Assembly (NCBI GenBank): GCA_043381765.1
Contig: JBHJMP010000929.1
Coordinates: 1-43,847, forward strand
Origin: Collodictyon triciliatum
Lineage: Eukaryota
Reading direction: 5' to 3'
DNA length: 43,847 nucleotides
A program made the position numbers and the translations under genes. The notes below the pieces were generated by a model, which saw only the letters and a program-made list of their open reading frames with translations, had not been told where the DNA came from and made no database searches. This document shows, piece after piece, positions 1 through 13,222 of the stretch (position 1 is the first letter of the stretch; every line of letters starts with the position of its first letter).

Positions 1-261
1 TTGCTATGGACTATGTGGATAGCGCGCATATACTCACGCAAAGCATGACTCAACAACCAGCCACCCATTCCTGATAACAGGCAGAATGACATCATACAAA
101 TCTCTTTCCTCAATAGCTTTCTTCGTCACCTGCACGTTCTCTACTACTCCGACCCCGTGAGAAGAGACATGTGGAAAGAGGCTGAGAAGGAGATTAAACC
201 TCGCCTTGTCTCTCTCATGCAAGCACAAGACCCAGGCTACAGGCCAAAGCGCAGGACGTAA
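1..261 (+). mobile_element. 3' end of a degenerate non-LTR retrotransposon ORF2 (fragment)
   Basis: Frame 1 reads LLWTMWIARIYSRKA*LNN...RPKRRT*, resembling the W-x-x-W-x-x-R motif near LINE ORF2 C-termini. One internal TGA (46-48); a T-rich tract follows. Confidence 0.45.
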
Positions 262-3200
262 TTGCTTATTACCGACTACTTCTCCGCCACCCGGCCACCA
301 AGTAGCGTTAGATCTCAAGAATGATATGTTTTTCTTTTTCTTTATTATATATGATAAATTTCGATTCCAGGGCTTCGTTCGATTGTGGGATGCGGGTGGG
401 ATTAAATTATATCCATCTTATGGGAAAGTCCTCGCCTTTGATTTTCATACTTTCTGAGAGAGCATCATTCACTTTAATCCATCAAAAGGCGAAGATACGT
501 TTCGATTAATAGAAATTGTTGTTGGCGATTAATGGACTTAATTTTCATGAAGACCTCAATTTGTGTTGGATGTCTTCTATTTTGGTCCTTTAATGAAGTT
601 ATTTTAGGACTACATGATTGACTTTGTTTATAGAAATAACATTGGCGGTTTGGTTGGTTACCAGCAGGTAGTAGGGTTTCCTTTGTGTGTCGTAAAAGTA
701 TTTGGTTCTGGGTATGCAGCACATCATAGTTGTACTTTTTTCAGGTAAACCTACGTGAAGGAACATGCCTTTTTGATTTAAAATATTATCTCATCTACAC
801 CTAACGTTTCTGAAGCTCACTTAAGGTAAGAGGAGGTTTAAATCTAAGTTGACTTGCTGTTCCATTCGGGGCTTTTCATCTATGCTATGACCCTCAGTTA
901 GATACGGGATATAGGCCTTCAATTTTTAATCAGTAGGTCAAATCAAGCAAAAAATTTTGTGCATAAGCAAATCTGGTGCAAGATTCTTGTTGGGCCCGGA
1001 ACTCTGGTTTTCTCATAAGGAGTGGCAGTTTTCTGATTAAATCGAGTTCCAACGTGATTCCGTAAGGTTGCTTTAGTATTAGTAGTGAATATGTCATCGA
1101 TTTTTTTCTAGACTTTTTCCTGGTATATATTTGCTACTTCCTTCTTATATGTTTCAGTCAGGAAAATTTTTTATTTCAAGAGCATCTGTGAATACTCATT
1201 TATAGTAGTTTCTTAATAGTATATATATATTTAATGACAAAAGTTTGACCATCCCGTCCTGAGTTTGTAGCTCGCAGAGGCACAATACCCCCAAGTCACT
1301 ATTTTGAGTTATTTTACTCAACATCAGTCAAGGTCAAAATACATAGTTGATATTAGTTCTTATTTGATTAATTGGTACCAGAGACTTTATTGTTAAGTAG
1401 AACTAATGCATTTTCGGTACCTCTCTAATCACCGCTCGAGCCATTCAATTCATACAAGCTGTTAATAAAGCGAGTAATTCGTGGTAAATTGTAAGCGATA
1501 AGTAATCATTCGAAGAGGGATATTTGCCGAATTTTTGTGGAATGTCTGAGATTATCCCGGTCAAAATCAGTGCTGCATATGTTTCATCACTTCTCGGTTC
1601 ACAAGTACATCACTTATATGCAATTCTCTCGCTATCTTTTATGTTATTCCACGACAGACGCTATTTGTTTCATTGGTCAACAGTGGAAATGAAACAGACA
1701 GATAGTTTGCGAATAACTCACGCGCATCCTTATTCAATCACTCATACAGCCCGAAACCCCGTTCAAACTGTCCCTGTCCCATTTTCATCAGAATGGCTGA
1801 CAAAAATATGCCATCAGATAATTTCAATGAAATTTTTAATCGCCTTGATACAGATATGCAAAGCTATAGGTATGCTGTGTTTAAAGTAAGCTTATGTTTT
1901 ACCCACTTGGTGGTATTTTTTGTTGGTGGGTATAAAATCGGTGCATCTTTACAGTAGAATACATGCAATTTATACCTTAAGAAATACCCTAACTGACATC
2001 AATAATATCTATAATCATATAAGCTGGCACCTTTTTAAACATTCCCTCTAATATTTTGTCATATTGAAAATGAAAGTGACTAAAAACAGTGCGCCAATAC
2101 GGAAGAACTTCCAGCAAAAATCACAGTGCCACAAAACCCACGTATTTGAATGTGAACTTCCACGCCAAGGTCTCTATATAGGTTAACACGCGACATCAGA
2201 AAAATTATTCATGCAGTATCACACAGAAGGCGAGTGCTATGAACACATCCTAAACATGCAGCTCTAAAACTGTGTAAAAATCTCTCCTAACACTCTTCAA
2301 ACATACACAACATAGTATACCACCAACAAAATGCTCCAGTCAGGTGGGCACTGTGAGTGAGTCCCGTTAAGATGAAGACTTTGACAGGGTTGAAAAAAAT
2401 GAGTAGATTTTGTTTGACAGAACCAGATGTCTAATATTTATTCTTCACACTACAGTATGTGACACAGTCTTTCAAGATATTCGATATAATCAAGCCAAAA
2501 TAAATGGCACACACCACCCTCGCTCTCTTCTCTTCTTCTTTCAAGGGAAATCAAAAATGTGATGCAACATTGTACTTTGGTGCACCTTAATAGGTCTATT
2601 CAGAAAAGAATGTAGGGTTAGGGTCATTTTAAGGATGTACTCTAGACTATAGTGAGTTGTGGGCTGTGATTTCATTTTCATTTATCATTCTGTCTAACCG
2701 TACGGTACTCTTTCATAGAAACTCGAATTAATTTTTTGGCATTCGCAATATTTTTGGTTGAGAGCCCTCAGAATTATCAGATGAAAAAGGGATGTCATTT
2801 ATTTTATTGATTCCATACAATTTATGGATATGTAAAAAAACAACTTAAAGCAGCATATACACATATACCAAAACTTTCTTGATTAAAATATGCGAGTAAT
2901 GATTGTATATTGGTAGCATGTTTCCTCAGAATATTCTGACTTTACTCTTTCTATCTCTCAAAAATAGGGCAGAAAGAGTCTCCTGGTAGTTGGAAAGTTA
3001 TTTGTCCACAGTGAAAGCTTATATTTCGAATGTTTTCTGGGTGGATATGTATCCATGTATTTTCATTTGTGCTTCTTACCTTATTTTTTAGTTCTTCTGA
3101 AAAGTAAGCTCATAGCCAATTTTCAAATGTATGTACTTGATTAGGCAAGGATGCCTAAAATGCATCTGATATCCGCAATTTCCTGTTGACTTGATAGCCC

Positions 3201-3689
3201 CTGAGACAGAGACAATATGAAATATAGACCGCTTCTCTCATGTGGTATTGGTTGGCTTCGAATCAAGTAAAGGGGATAATGTGATGTTGGTTGGCTACAT
3301 CTTTTTCTTGGGTGTAGTACTCTCAGATTTTGTTGCTCGTTTCAATTCAGTTTTCTGGCGAAATAGAAACTAAATTCATCATGATTATAATGACAAATGT
3401 TGTCATGGACATCTAATCCAGGTCTCATACCCGAGGTCCGGACTGCAAGTATTAGGTACACCCTAACCCACAAAGTATAATGGCTGGTTGTTTGATATTT
3501 CTGTCTCGATTACATGTCTTGTGAGCATTTGGTGTTTGGGTTGTTAATTTTGAAGCTAAAATATCATGACATGATACATACAGGGTATTTGAAGTATGGA
3601 ATAAGCATGTTTCATCTTGGGTTTAATTATGCTACCAGTGCACTCATCTAGACAGTTTGACATGATGGCGCCAGTCAGCCTCGTGAGGG

Positions 3690-5626
3690 GTGGAGCTTGC
3701 ATCGGGAAGCGGAACCTCTTGTTCGATATTTTGTGGCTGACGTACCGCGATCAAAAAGTGCGATTGAGAACGAACTCTTCAAAATCGACGACTGCTTTAT
3801 CCGTCTTCGGGACAAGCAATCGCCGGTTCTCTCTTTCGAAAACCATAGAAGTATGAGCAAGCAACTGCATGCTGTGATGGATATCAGATAAAGATATCGC
3901 TACGAAAAGGACGTGACTCTTATGGTGGACAGCCCTACCCTTGGACTCAGAATCGCCCTCCCAAGAAAAGAAAATGCAGCTGCCTTCGTTAAACAGGGGT
4001 CGTTTAAGCTCCTCAATCTCCAATACACCCCATGCCAGTAAAAACTGTCACAAAGGATGCGCACCTGTCTAACATACCGCTGGGGGTCAGCTGGACTGAT
4101 ATTTTAAGGCATGTAGTGAATACTTTACCCAATCAAAGTCAACTAGAAAAAGCCTGGAGTAATATGCATGGATGATGCACTCATTACATTTGACAAAGAA
4201 CAGGAAAAATAGGAAAACCCAACCTTTGTCGTCATTCATGCTAGACGCTGTCGTGTGGAGATACGCGCCCTCAAAGATTTTGACATCCCATTAACTCTCC
4301 CCAACAAAGAAGGGAATGACACACAATTTCAAGCCACAAAAAAGGAGCTACTGCTAAGCCAAGCACCAAAAAACAAGCGGCCACCAAAAAACAAAATGCC
4401 ACCACTCGCTTCTCAGGCTTCAACACAAAAGTAGCCGACTTCAGTGCTAAAGAATGGCCAACCGTGCAGGCATCGTCTGTGCAAAACAAGCTCAGAGCCC
4501 ACAAACAAGGCCAAAAGCAAGGCGTCGTCTTCTAATGTCAGAGGGAGAAATTGTGACTAGACACCCGCACATGAAGTGCTCGAAGTCACAATCAAGACAA
4601 AGGTTCAGGGACGGCCCCAAAATCAAGAAATGAAAATTGAAATGATGGACGAAACACCAGGCGATTTGTCCGAAAGTGCTTCATCAAGTTCGTCAATGAA
4701 AATGGAGGAAGAAATATCAGTATTTGAATCACTTCTTTCCAAGTGGAGGAAACATCGCATGCCTTCAACATTACCAGCCACCCCAAGTCGATTATATTTC
4801 ACCAAACTCACCTTCAAATAATTAAAATGATGCCGAGGAAAGGGAAACCCAAGCCAACTCGGTAAAAGAATCGAGAAACAAGAATAATGGCACCCAGCAA
4901 ACCACACCCATCAGCGACCTTAGAGGTCATGGCTCCTGGAACCACCCAAGAGACTCTTTCTTCAGCAAGTACTGCGCAATCCATAAGAAGCGACGTCCCA
5001 GACTCGGGATTGGATTAACAACAGTCCATCCAACCTGTCGTCGTCATAGAAGGTTCTGCTGAAGAAGAAAGTGAGCACCTTGAAGCTTCGGGAACGACGA
5101 ATTACTCCTGAAGTACTGTTTGTGAATAGAGACCTACTGTCGAGACTCTTGCGACTCCCCATCGAGAAACGGCTCCTATCCAAGAAAAAGAACCGTAGAT
5201 GAATATAAAACACCGTTTACTCATCCTGAAATCACTGGCGCACCAAAAAAGGATCGAAACCGTCGAATATAAAGCCTCACCCGAGGAAAAGAGAGCGAAT
5301 CAGTCAAGTACACCACCGAATATAGCGAGCCAGACAGAAAATCAGAATGAAAGTAGAACCATGGGTGGCCCTGTCTACCGTGTGGATGAGAGAGGGAAAT
5401 GGAACCGATGATTGCTGATGACCAACAGAGTGCATCTCCCAACACGCCAGCTACAAAGGAGGTGCAGCCAAAATCCCAAGACCATCCGAAAAATCCTGAC
5501 TGAACCGCGAGCAATTGTAACACCGGCCAAATGAAGGATAACTCGAGTAAACCATCCCACCCTGAGCAACCCAGCTCCAGCAGAGAGGGCCAATCACCGG
5601 GGGCTACAGCCTCCAAAAGCCAATAG
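3690..5626 (+). pseudogene. Probable decayed ORF1 region of the LINE
   Basis: Short stop-interrupted frames, more GC-rich than the flanks and K/Q/S/P-rich, directly upstream of the ORF2 start. No diagnostic motif recognised. Confidence 0.4.
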
Positions 5627-5633
5627 AATTTTC

Positions 5634-8147
5634 ATGCGTTTTAACGTTCTGTCGTGGAACGTTAGGGTATTAACGACACCAAAAAAGAAAAGAGGTTCTA
5701 AACACTGCTATTTTCTCTCATTCAGACATCATCTGCCTCCAAGAAACATGGCTCAGCCCTGACAATCTAACAACTATGAAATATGGAAACGTCCACAAAT
5801 GTGGTCCTGTGACGATAATCAACAGACATGCAGGTGTAGCGATTTTGTGCAAGAAATGGATAGCCAAACTCAATCCTCGCTTCAGAGAGATTATTCTTGG
5901 CCGCTGCATGAGTCTCGATATCCAAATCGATGGAGCTAACACTCGTAAAATGGCAACATACATGTCGCTCCAAACAGCAGGTTCAAATACTAGAATACAC
6001 GAGTATGAGCTTGTCTCTAAGGAGATGGAGTCTGCAAAACGTATCATCATCTGTGGAGACTTCAACGCTCTTATTGACGCCAGCACCGAGTGGTATGGGT
6101 TTTCGAAACGCAATGACAAACCTTTCGTCAACTGGACAATCAGGCACAAGCTGCAAGACCCTTGGAAGACGCTCAATCCTCACTCTCTAGGAGCAACGTG
6201 TAGAGGACATACAAAAAGCGGCTTCACGTGGAGCAGAATCGACCGCCTCCTCTGCATAAGGGACTTGCGTGCGTGGTTCAAGAAACTTAAAACAGTCTAT
6301 TCTGCGCTGTTCGACCACATTGCTATCCTGGCTAACATCGATTCAGCCGGTGGCTGTGAATGGCAGGCGAGGTCTATAGACTGGAGGGCATACAATGACT
6401 CCAAGTCGATACAAGACATACAAAACAAGCTCAGGGCTTACTTCAACACCCCAGGCGATGCGCCCATCGAGGCGGAATGGCCAATACTCAAAAAGCAGCT
6501 CTCTATTCTTCTTATCCAAAAATCGAGCTGGTTCAAAAATAATGATGGAGAGGAGCGGAAGAAGCTTGAAAGGGTAAAAGAGGCTCTGATGAAAGCAGCC
6601 GGTAGACCATCGGGGTGGAAATGCACCCAAAAAGAAAAACTGGCGAGATATTAGAAGATAAACTTGCCGAGTAGCTCACATCAGACAATCACAAATACCG
6701 TGAAAAATGGGAAGCGAGATACTTGCGAGACTTTGAGCAGATGGAGAAATGGCTCTTTGGACTAGGAAAGGAAAAAGAAAAAACCTTGTATCCTTCCTGC
6801 GCACCATCTGAGGACATGCAGCATTTATTACCTCGCAACAACAAAAAGAACACCCACGTCTTCTTCTCAAAGATGTGGTCAAGACGAGACTATGATGCTG
6901 CTACTCTCGAGCTTATCACTACAAACTGCTCCATGGCTTCACCCTCGCAAGCAGCCAGCATGATAGCACCAATAGATGCAGGCAAATTGTGGAAAGCGGT
7001 CAAGTCGCTGCACAACGGAAAGGCGTCACGTCCAGATAGGCTGCCAACGGAATATACTCTGCTTTCTTTAATGAAGTCAAGGCATCCTTAGTGGCTTTTC
7101 TGAATGGAATCGTGTCTGGTGGCGACCTACCGCAAGGATTTACAGAGGCCACGGTGCGGCTGATACCAAAGAAAGGAAACTCGAGCAATCTCACAGACTG
7201 GCGGCCAATATCACTGTTGAATAACGACTATAAGATATTTACGACGCTACTCAGAAATCGCATATCACCCATCGCTGACAAACTCGTATCCAAAGAGCAG
7301 ATTGGTTTCATGAACGGAAGGAACATTGACACAAACATCTGGGTTGTCAACAAAGAGTACATGGAATATCAAGTAAGCGGGGTACACCGTGCTATGTTTT
7401 TCTACGACCTGGAGAAAGCATATGACTATGTGAACCACGAAGCATTGGAAAACCATCCTACACAAAAGAGGCTTCTGTACCGAATTCACCAGTCTTATCA
7501 AGAAACTGCACGACAATCCAACAGCGAGGGTACTCACGGCACACGGACCTACGGATGCAATTCAAAGACAGAGCGGGGTGTATCAAGGCTTCCCACTTGC
7601 ACCACTGCTCTTCAACTTTGCCGCTGACTGCATTGCAAACCACTTCCGAAACGAAAACAAGGTGCGCAACCAACTTCTACTTCAATATGCAGACAACACA
7701 GCGTTCATCTTGCGGTCTCACGAAGGCGCCACACTCGCCAACAAATGCATGCAAGAATAAATACGAGCCGTCGGCGGGAAAATCAACTATGACAAGACAG
7801 ATGGTATTCTTTTCGGGTGTCAGGACGGACTTGTGTTTCCAGGAAACATTGTGTGGAAGCCACTGTCACATCCACTCAAGCATCTTGGTATCATATTCGA
7901 TTCACAATCGGATAACAAATGGACAAGCCTGGTTGAGGACATCAAGTCGAAAATATCAGGGTGGAGCAACTTTCATCTCTCGGACGTGGGGAAAGTAAGG
8001 TTGTGGAATCGAGTGATGCTGTCGGCCTTTATCTACAACATGAAAGGTACTTTGCTGAATCCCCAAAGGCTGAAGGAGCTGAAAGACATCTGTCGCAACT
8101 TCATCACTACGAATAATCAAAAATATAAAATCAAGACGCTCTCTAAG
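5634..8147 (+). mobile_element. Degenerate L1/Tx1-like LINE ORF2 (APE endonuclease + reverse transcriptase), 3'-truncated by the LTR element
   Basis: APE motifs SWNVRG, DIICLQETWL, GDFNA, SRIDR, FDH. RT motifs WRPISLLNNDYKI, DLEKAYD, QGFPLAPLLF, QYADN, KHLGI. Several frameshifts and stops; ends abruptly at the LTR at 8148. Confidence 0.92.
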
Positions 8148-8391
8148 TGTAAGGGGATGTCCTTTTATTCTGTTATAAGCTTTTTGTATGATTCTCAACC
8201 TATTAAAGAGTTGACGGACTCGTTAAATATCCTCTGGACGAAGGGTTCAGGGGAGGTTTCTGAGAAAGTTCCTGGAGCGTCCCACGGTGGTTCTTTGGAC
8301 TGATTCTAATAACATACTTGGAGAATTCCGAGATGGGTCTTAGAATCAGATCACAGATTCCAAGGACGCACTTGGGTGCCCAGTTGTTACA
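8148..8391 (-). repeat. 3' LTR (244 bp)
   Basis: tgtaaggggatg...cagttgttaca; direct repeat of 13223-13466 with 18 mismatches by manual count. Confidence 0.95.
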
Positions 8392-8392
8392 A

Positions 8393-8411
8393 CTACTCCC
8401 CTCCCCCTCCT
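8393..8411 (-). other. Polypurine tract (PPT)
   Basis: Minus strand AGGAGGGGGAGGGGAGTAG, immediately before the 3' LTR. Confidence 0.9.
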
Positions 8412-8641
8412 AGCTGCGACCTTGCAGCTTGTTCAAACTCTTCTACCAAGTTCCGGCAGTTATTTAGGTTCTCTTCTGGCTCCCAAGCATCATCTTCTTC
8501 TTTATATCCCATCCATCTTATTAGGTATTCTGTTTTCCCAGATTTTATCCTGTTTCCTAATATCTTTTCAAGCTCAAACTTATCACTATCTTCCAACTCC
8601 TCAACACCTATTCCATCCTCTTTCATCTCTCGTTCTGGATT
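8393..8641 (-). CDS. Integrase C-terminal chromodomain, in frame with gag-pol behind a single TGA
   Basis: FELEKILGNR...EYLIRWMGY...WEPEENLNNC is a canonical chromodomain with aromatic-cage F/W/Y. Same frame as 13141..8642. Confidence 0.9.
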   Translation of the reverse strand, partial: NPEREMKEDGIGVEELEDSDKFELEKILGNRIKSGKTEYLIRWMGYKEEDDAWEPEENLNNCRNLVEEFEQAARSQLGGGGE

Positions 8642-11600
8642 TCACTCATATTTCTTTAACAAACTCACATGAAAAACAGGGTGAATTTTCATCTTCTCTG
8701 GCAACTTGAGCTTATACGCTACTTTTGAAACCACTCTTTCTACTTCAAACGGTCCAATAAACCTATTCAATAGCTTCCTAGAATTTGACTTAGGCTTTCT
8801 TCTTAGATTCTTAGCATCTAACATGACCATATCACCTTCTGTGAATGTTACTTCCTTTCTCTTCCTATTGGCGTAGTGCTCTTGTCTTTCTTGCGCCTCT
8901 TGTATATTATCCAAAGCAATCCTGATATTGTTTCTTATTGCCTTAATGTACCCTTCTGCTGTGGGGTTTTCGCTGCTTATCTTATCTCCCAATAATGTCT
9001 GTGGCACGATGGGGTCTTTGCCCGTATCCAAAAAAAATGGCGTCATTTTTGTTGTTGGATTTACCGAGTTATTGTATGCGAACTCTAATAATGGCAACAG
9101 CTTATCCCAATCGTCTTGGCTTTTGTTGGAATAAATTCTCATCATGTCCTCTAACGTACGATTAGTCCTCTCTGTCTGGCCATCGGTTTGGGGGTGAAAC
9201 GCCGTGGACATACCTAGTTTGACGTCTAGAGTTTTCATGATCGCTTTCCAGAACTTGCTTGTGAAGCGGCTATCTCTGTCTGAGATTATTTTCCTCGGGA
9301 GTCCATGGTATCTGAATATATTCTGTACGAATATGTCGGCGACATCCTTCGCCGATACCGTCGTCTTGCAAGCCTCGAAGTGGGCTGTCTTTGTCAGCCG
9401 GTCCACGAACACCACAACGCAGTCGTTTCCTCTCCTCGTCTTGGGTAACTGCGTAATGAAGTCCATGGTGATTTCTTCCCAACGTTGTGTGGGAGCCTCT
9501 ATTGGTTGAAGCAGTCCACTTGGCTTCTGGTTAATCGTTTTGGTCCTTTGACAGCTATCGCAGGATTCTATATATTTCTGTATTGTTTTCGACATCCTCG
9601 GCCAGAAGTATCGTGCGCTTATTAATTCATAGGTCTTATTAAATCCGAAGTGTCCAGCAATGATGGAATCGTGATTATCTCTCATAATTATTCCAATTAC
9701 TTTCTCATTGTCTGGTACACACAACCTCTGCTCTCTTTCGGTGTATATAAGTCCCTCCTTCTCAAAAAACTTTCTCAATTTGTTCTTCATTTTCGGTTCT
9801 GTCTTTCCTGTGGTGAGGCTCAACCAGATATCCCCAAAGTATGGGTCAGCCCTATAGCTGTCCCTTATCCACGTCTTGAATTGCTCTTGGGACTCCACCT
9901 CGTGTGTATGTAGCCGCACATCCCTGGATAACGCATCAGCTACTACGTTTTCTTTTCCCGGTTTATATTGTATCTTAAATCCAAGGGGTTGCATAAACGC
10001 TAACCATCTGACTTGCCTAGGTGATAGCTTCGGTTGGCCTTGAAAATATTGCAGCGTTGCGTGATCGGTTATCACAGTAAAAGGCTTTCCATGCAAATAA
10101 TGGTACCAGTGCTCTATGCCGTTCTTAATGGCCAAGAGCTCTCTGTCGTGAACTGGGTAATTCCTTTCGGTTTCATTTAATTTTCTCGAGTAAAATCCTA
10201 TTGGGTGCGCCTGTCCCTCCTCTTCCTGACTCAATACGGCGCCTACTGCATATCCTGATGCATCGCATGTTAATGTGAACGGTTTTTCTGGGTCTGGGGG
10301 TCTCAAGACCGGTGGCGTTGTTAGCTTTTCTTTTATGTCCTCAAAAGCTTTGTTCTGGGGCTCCTCCCACTTGATATCGCTTGATTTCTTTAACATATCG
10401 GTCAAAGGTCTCACTATCAACGAGAAATCTTTGATAAATCTTCTATAGTAGTTTGCCAACCCCAGAAACGACCTCATCTCGGTGATATTCTTTGGTTTTT
10501 CCCAGGTCTTGATGATTTCTGTCTTGGCAGTGTCTACTTTCACGCCTTCTTGCGTTACAATGTGTCCCAGAAACTCTACTTCCCTTTTTCCGAACTCGCA
10601 TTTCGATAATTTGGCATACAGTTTGTTTTCTTGCAGGGTATGTAGAACCTGTGTAAGGTGCTCCTTATGCTCGTCCATTGTCTTGCTGAAGATGAGTATG
10701 TCGTCAAGGTAACACAACACGAATTTATCTAAGAACCTTGACAATACTCGCTGCATGAGTGTAACGAATGTTGCTGGGGCATTCGTCAGTCCGAATGGCA
10801 TGACTTTGAATTCAAACAACCCTAATTTCGTACGGAATGCGGTCTTCGGAATGTCTTTTTCCGCTATGCGCACCTGGTAATACCCGGAGCATAGGTCAAG
10901 TTTACTAAATACCTTAGCTCCATGTAGTTGGTCGAGTAACTCGTCGATTCGCGGTATAGGGTAAGAGTTTCGGACCGTTATTTTGTTTAGGTCTCTGTAG
11001 TCGATGCACATTCTCATGTCTCCATTCTTTTTTTTTACAAACAGAACGGGGGCTCCGAATGGGGACGCACTCGGCCTGATAAACTTCTTTTCTAATAAGA
11101 TCCCTACTTGTTTCTTCAACTCTTCTTGCTCTGTAAATGATAGTCGATATGGCGGGCGACTAGGCGGCTTCGACCCGGGCGTCAATTCTATACTATGGAC
11201 TACGTCCCGTTCCGGAGGTAGTTGCTGTAACTCGTCTTGGAAGGTTCCATGATATGTATCCACTACCTCTTGGAGTTCCTTGGGGATACCCAGTTCCTTG
11301 TGGATATCCGACTCCTGGGTGACGGTAACGTCCTTCAGGTACAGTAGATATTTCACCTCTTGTTTCTTTAGCAACTGATTAACGTCTCTTACGTTCAACG
11401 TTGCTTCTTCCGTTACATCTGACATGTCGTCCATAGTATCTAAGTCGGGTTCCTCGTGAGCCGTAGCCATGCTCCCTTCATCACTATTCTCTTCCTGTGT
11501 TTCTCGTATTTCATAGCCTGGTATTTCATTTGTCTCATCTGTTATAGACAAATCTTCTATTCCTGTCAATATCTTCTTGTATCCTTGAGCTAATGCTCTC

Positions 11601-13141
11601 CTTTCGTTTCTCTTAGACCATCCGTCTTGGATGTTTTCTCTGCTACTGGTAATGCCTTCCATTTTATCCGCCGATCGTTCTATCGGCACTCGTTTCTCTT
11701 CACTATGATTATATTCTCTCTTCGGTGTCTGCGTCCTTCTTGGGTATGTATAACCACGTTCCTTTCTTCCTGGATTAAACCTGACCTTTTCTCTTTCTTT
11801 GCAGTCGTCCATTTCGTATCTCTCTGTGTTTCTTCGCCATTCTTCGCGCTTTCTGCGGTTCCATTCAGCGTTCAGCCTCGATATGTCTTCTGTTTTGTTC
11901 GGCGGACTCCTGTAGTCGCTCCTGTGCGGGCCCTTATTTCCAACGAACGTGGCTATCTTTCCAGCGTCTTCCTCTTTGAACTGTATGTCTCCCGTCTTCC
12001 AATCGATATGAGGGTTGGCGTCTTCTAGCCAAGGTATTCCGACAATCACGTCGTAATCATCTAGATCAATTACCAGATAGTCTGACTTGGTGCGCATGCC
12101 TCTTATATTTATATGTAGCTGGCGTGCTATCTCGTGGCAAAATATATACCTCCCATCTGCTAGTCTTATTCTTATCCTCTGTTGTGGTTCTTCTAATTCC
12201 ACCTTCAATCTTCGCACCAACTTTCGGGCAATGAAGTTTGCCGATGACCCTGAGTCAATCATTACTGTAACTTCGTCCCTCATCAGCCTCCCGCTGACCA
12301 CGAGAAGTGGTCGCGTCCACATTTCCTTGTCCTTTGGGTCCTCCGTAACACGTATCTCCAAGCTATGATTCCCTATATGTCCTTGGTGGAGAGGAGTGTC
12401 TTGGTACGCCGCAGTAACCCGACCCACGGTTACTGAGGTTTCTCTTTTTCCCGACATTGATGCTCTTGAGGCAGTCGGGTTCGGGCAGCGACGCGCGACG
12501 TGCCCTGGCTTTCCGCAGGAGTAGCAGCTATTATGTCTCCCACCTACGCGATCGTAGGTATCTTGCCTCTTCTCTCCGTCTTCTGCTCCTCCTCGTGGTT
12601 TAACTTGTCGGCTGTCGCTGTGGCTGGAGAATACTTCTTCGTAGTGGACAGCGTATGCCTGCGCTTCACGGACACTCTTCGGTTCTCGATAATCTACTTC
12701 CAGCTTAGCTCTTGTTCTCAGCCCGGATAGATACCTGTGGATCCTTTCGGCTTCAGTCATCTCCGAGATCGCGTCTACTATCTCGTTAAATGATCGGTTA
12801 TACTCCTCTATGGAGCCGGTTTGTGAGAGTTTGTCTAACTTTAGTCGAAGTAAGCGCTGACTCGTCGCTCCTCTAAACTGTCGGGTTATCGCTTCTCCGA
12901 AGTCCTTCAAGCTTTTAAGCGCTTGCACTTGTCCTTTCTCCTCGTCCGCCCGGTAGCGTAGCCACCATTCTGCTGCGGATCCATCCAGCAGTAAACTTAC
13001 GAACATTAATTCCTGCTCCTGGGGTACCTTGCGTATTTGGAAGAATGTCTCCACCTTGTATAACCATGTCCTCACGTTCTGCCCTGGTGCCCCGGAGAAC
13101 ATATCCGGCGATCGAATGGCTCCCTCTGTGATGGACTGCAT
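8642..13141 (-). CDS. Gag-Pol polyprotein (1499 aa): capsid, CCHC knuckle, aspartic protease, RT, RNase H, integrase
   Basis: [40 protein letters not shown] zinc finger; ITMDFI / SDRD / GQTER (DDE); GPF and [10 protein letters not shown]. Confidence 0.97.
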   Translation of the reverse strand: MQSITEGAIRSPDMFSGAPGQNVRTWLYKVETFFQIRKVPQEQELMFVSLLLDGSAAEWWLRYRADEEKGQVQALKSLKDFGEAITRQFRGATSQRLLRLKLDKLSQTGSIEEYNRSFNEIVDAISEMTEAERIHRYLSGLRTRAKLEVDYREPKSVREAQAYAVHYEEVFSSHSDSRQVKPRGGAEDGEKRQDTYDRVGGRHNSCYSCGKPGHVARRCPNPTASRASMSGKRETSVTVGRVTAAYQDTPLHQGHIGNHSLEIRVTEDPKDKEMWTRPLLVVSGRLMRDEVTVMIDSGSSANFIARKLVRRLKVELEEPQQRIRIRLADGRYIFCHEIARQLHINIRGMRTKSDYLVIDLDDYDVIVGIPWLEDANPHIDWKTGDIQFKEEDAGKIATFVGNKGPHRSDYRSPPNKTEDISRLNAEWNRRKREEWRRNTERYEMDDCKEREKVRFNPGRKERGYTYPRRTQTPKREYNHSEEKRVPIERSADKMEGITSSRENIQDGWSKRNERRALAQGYKKILTGIEDLSITDETNEIPGYEIRETQEENSDEGSMATAHEEPDLDTMDDMSDVTEEATLNVRDVNQLLKKQEVKYLLYLKDVTVTQESDIHKELGIPKELQEVVDTYHGTFQDELQQLPPERDVVHSIELTPGSKPPSRPPYRLSFTEQEELKKQVGILLEKKFIRPSASPFGAPVLFVKKKNGDMRMCIDYRDLNKITVRNSYPIPRIDELLDQLHGAKVFSKLDLCSGYYQVRIAEKDIPKTAFRTKLGLFEFKVMPFGLTNAPATFVTLMQRVLSRFLDKFVLCYLDDILIFSKTMDEHKEHLTQVLHTLQENKLYAKLSKCEFGKREVEFLGHIVTQEGVKVDTAKTEIIKTWEKPKNITEMRSFLGLANYYRRFIKDFSLIVRPLTDMLKKSSDIKWEEPQNKAFEDIKEKLTTPPVLRPPDPEKPFTLTCDASGYAVGAVLSQEEEGQAHPIGFYSRKLNETERNYPVHDRELLAIKNGIEHWYHYLHGKPFTVITDHATLQYFQGQPKLSPRQVRWLAFMQPLGFKIQYKPGKENVVADALSRDVRLHTHEVESQEQFKTWIRDSYRADPYFGDIWLSLTTGKTEPKMKNKLRKFFEKEGLIYTEREQRLCVPDNEKVIGIIMRDNHDSIIAGHFGFNKTYELISARYFWPRMSKTIQKYIESCDSCQRTKTINQKPSGLLQPIEAPTQRWEEITMDFITQLPKTRRGNDCVVVFVDRLTKTAHFEACKTTVSAKDVADIFVQNIFRYHGLPRKIISDRDSRFTSKFWKAIMKTLDVKLGMSTAFHPQTDGQTERTNRTLEDMMRIYSNKSQDDWDKLLPLLEFAYNNSVNPTTKMTPFFLDTGKDPIVPQTLLGDKISSENPTAEGYIKAIRNNIRIALDNIQEAQERQEHYANRKRKEVTFTEGDMVMLDAKNLRRKPKSNSRKLLNRFIGPFEVERVVSKVAYKLKLPEKMKIHPVFHVSLLKKYE

Positions 13142-13207
13142 GGTCTATACCCTCGTGCTAGGTTTGGCGTGTTTCTGTTCTCCGATCTTCCTCAGGAAGG
13201 TCACTTC

Positions 13208-13219
13208 GCTTTGCTACCA
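13208..13219 (-). other. Primer-binding site, likely for initiator tRNA-Met
   Basis: TGGTAGCAAAGC 3 nt inside the 5' LTR, close to the TGGTAGCAGAG complement of eukaryotic tRNAiMet. Confidence 0.8.
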
Positions 13220-13222
13220 AAA

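Noticed and set aside
2060-2300. Possible GIY-YIG/Penelope remnant (VFECEL...LYIG*)
   Set aside because: Motif too short, many stops, no associated RT.
350-3600. Genes or RNA genes in the AT-rich interval
   Set aside because: No convincing exon chain, tRNA or rRNA signature found by eye.
7833-8303. 156-aa ORF as a LINE-LTR fusion protein
   Set aside because: Chance read-through from the broken LINE into antisense LTR sequence.
46-8644. UGA reassignment (variant genetic code)
   Set aside because: In-frame TGAs occur only in transposons. The reconstructed trpB, HAAO fusion and adhesin have none and use TGG for Trp.
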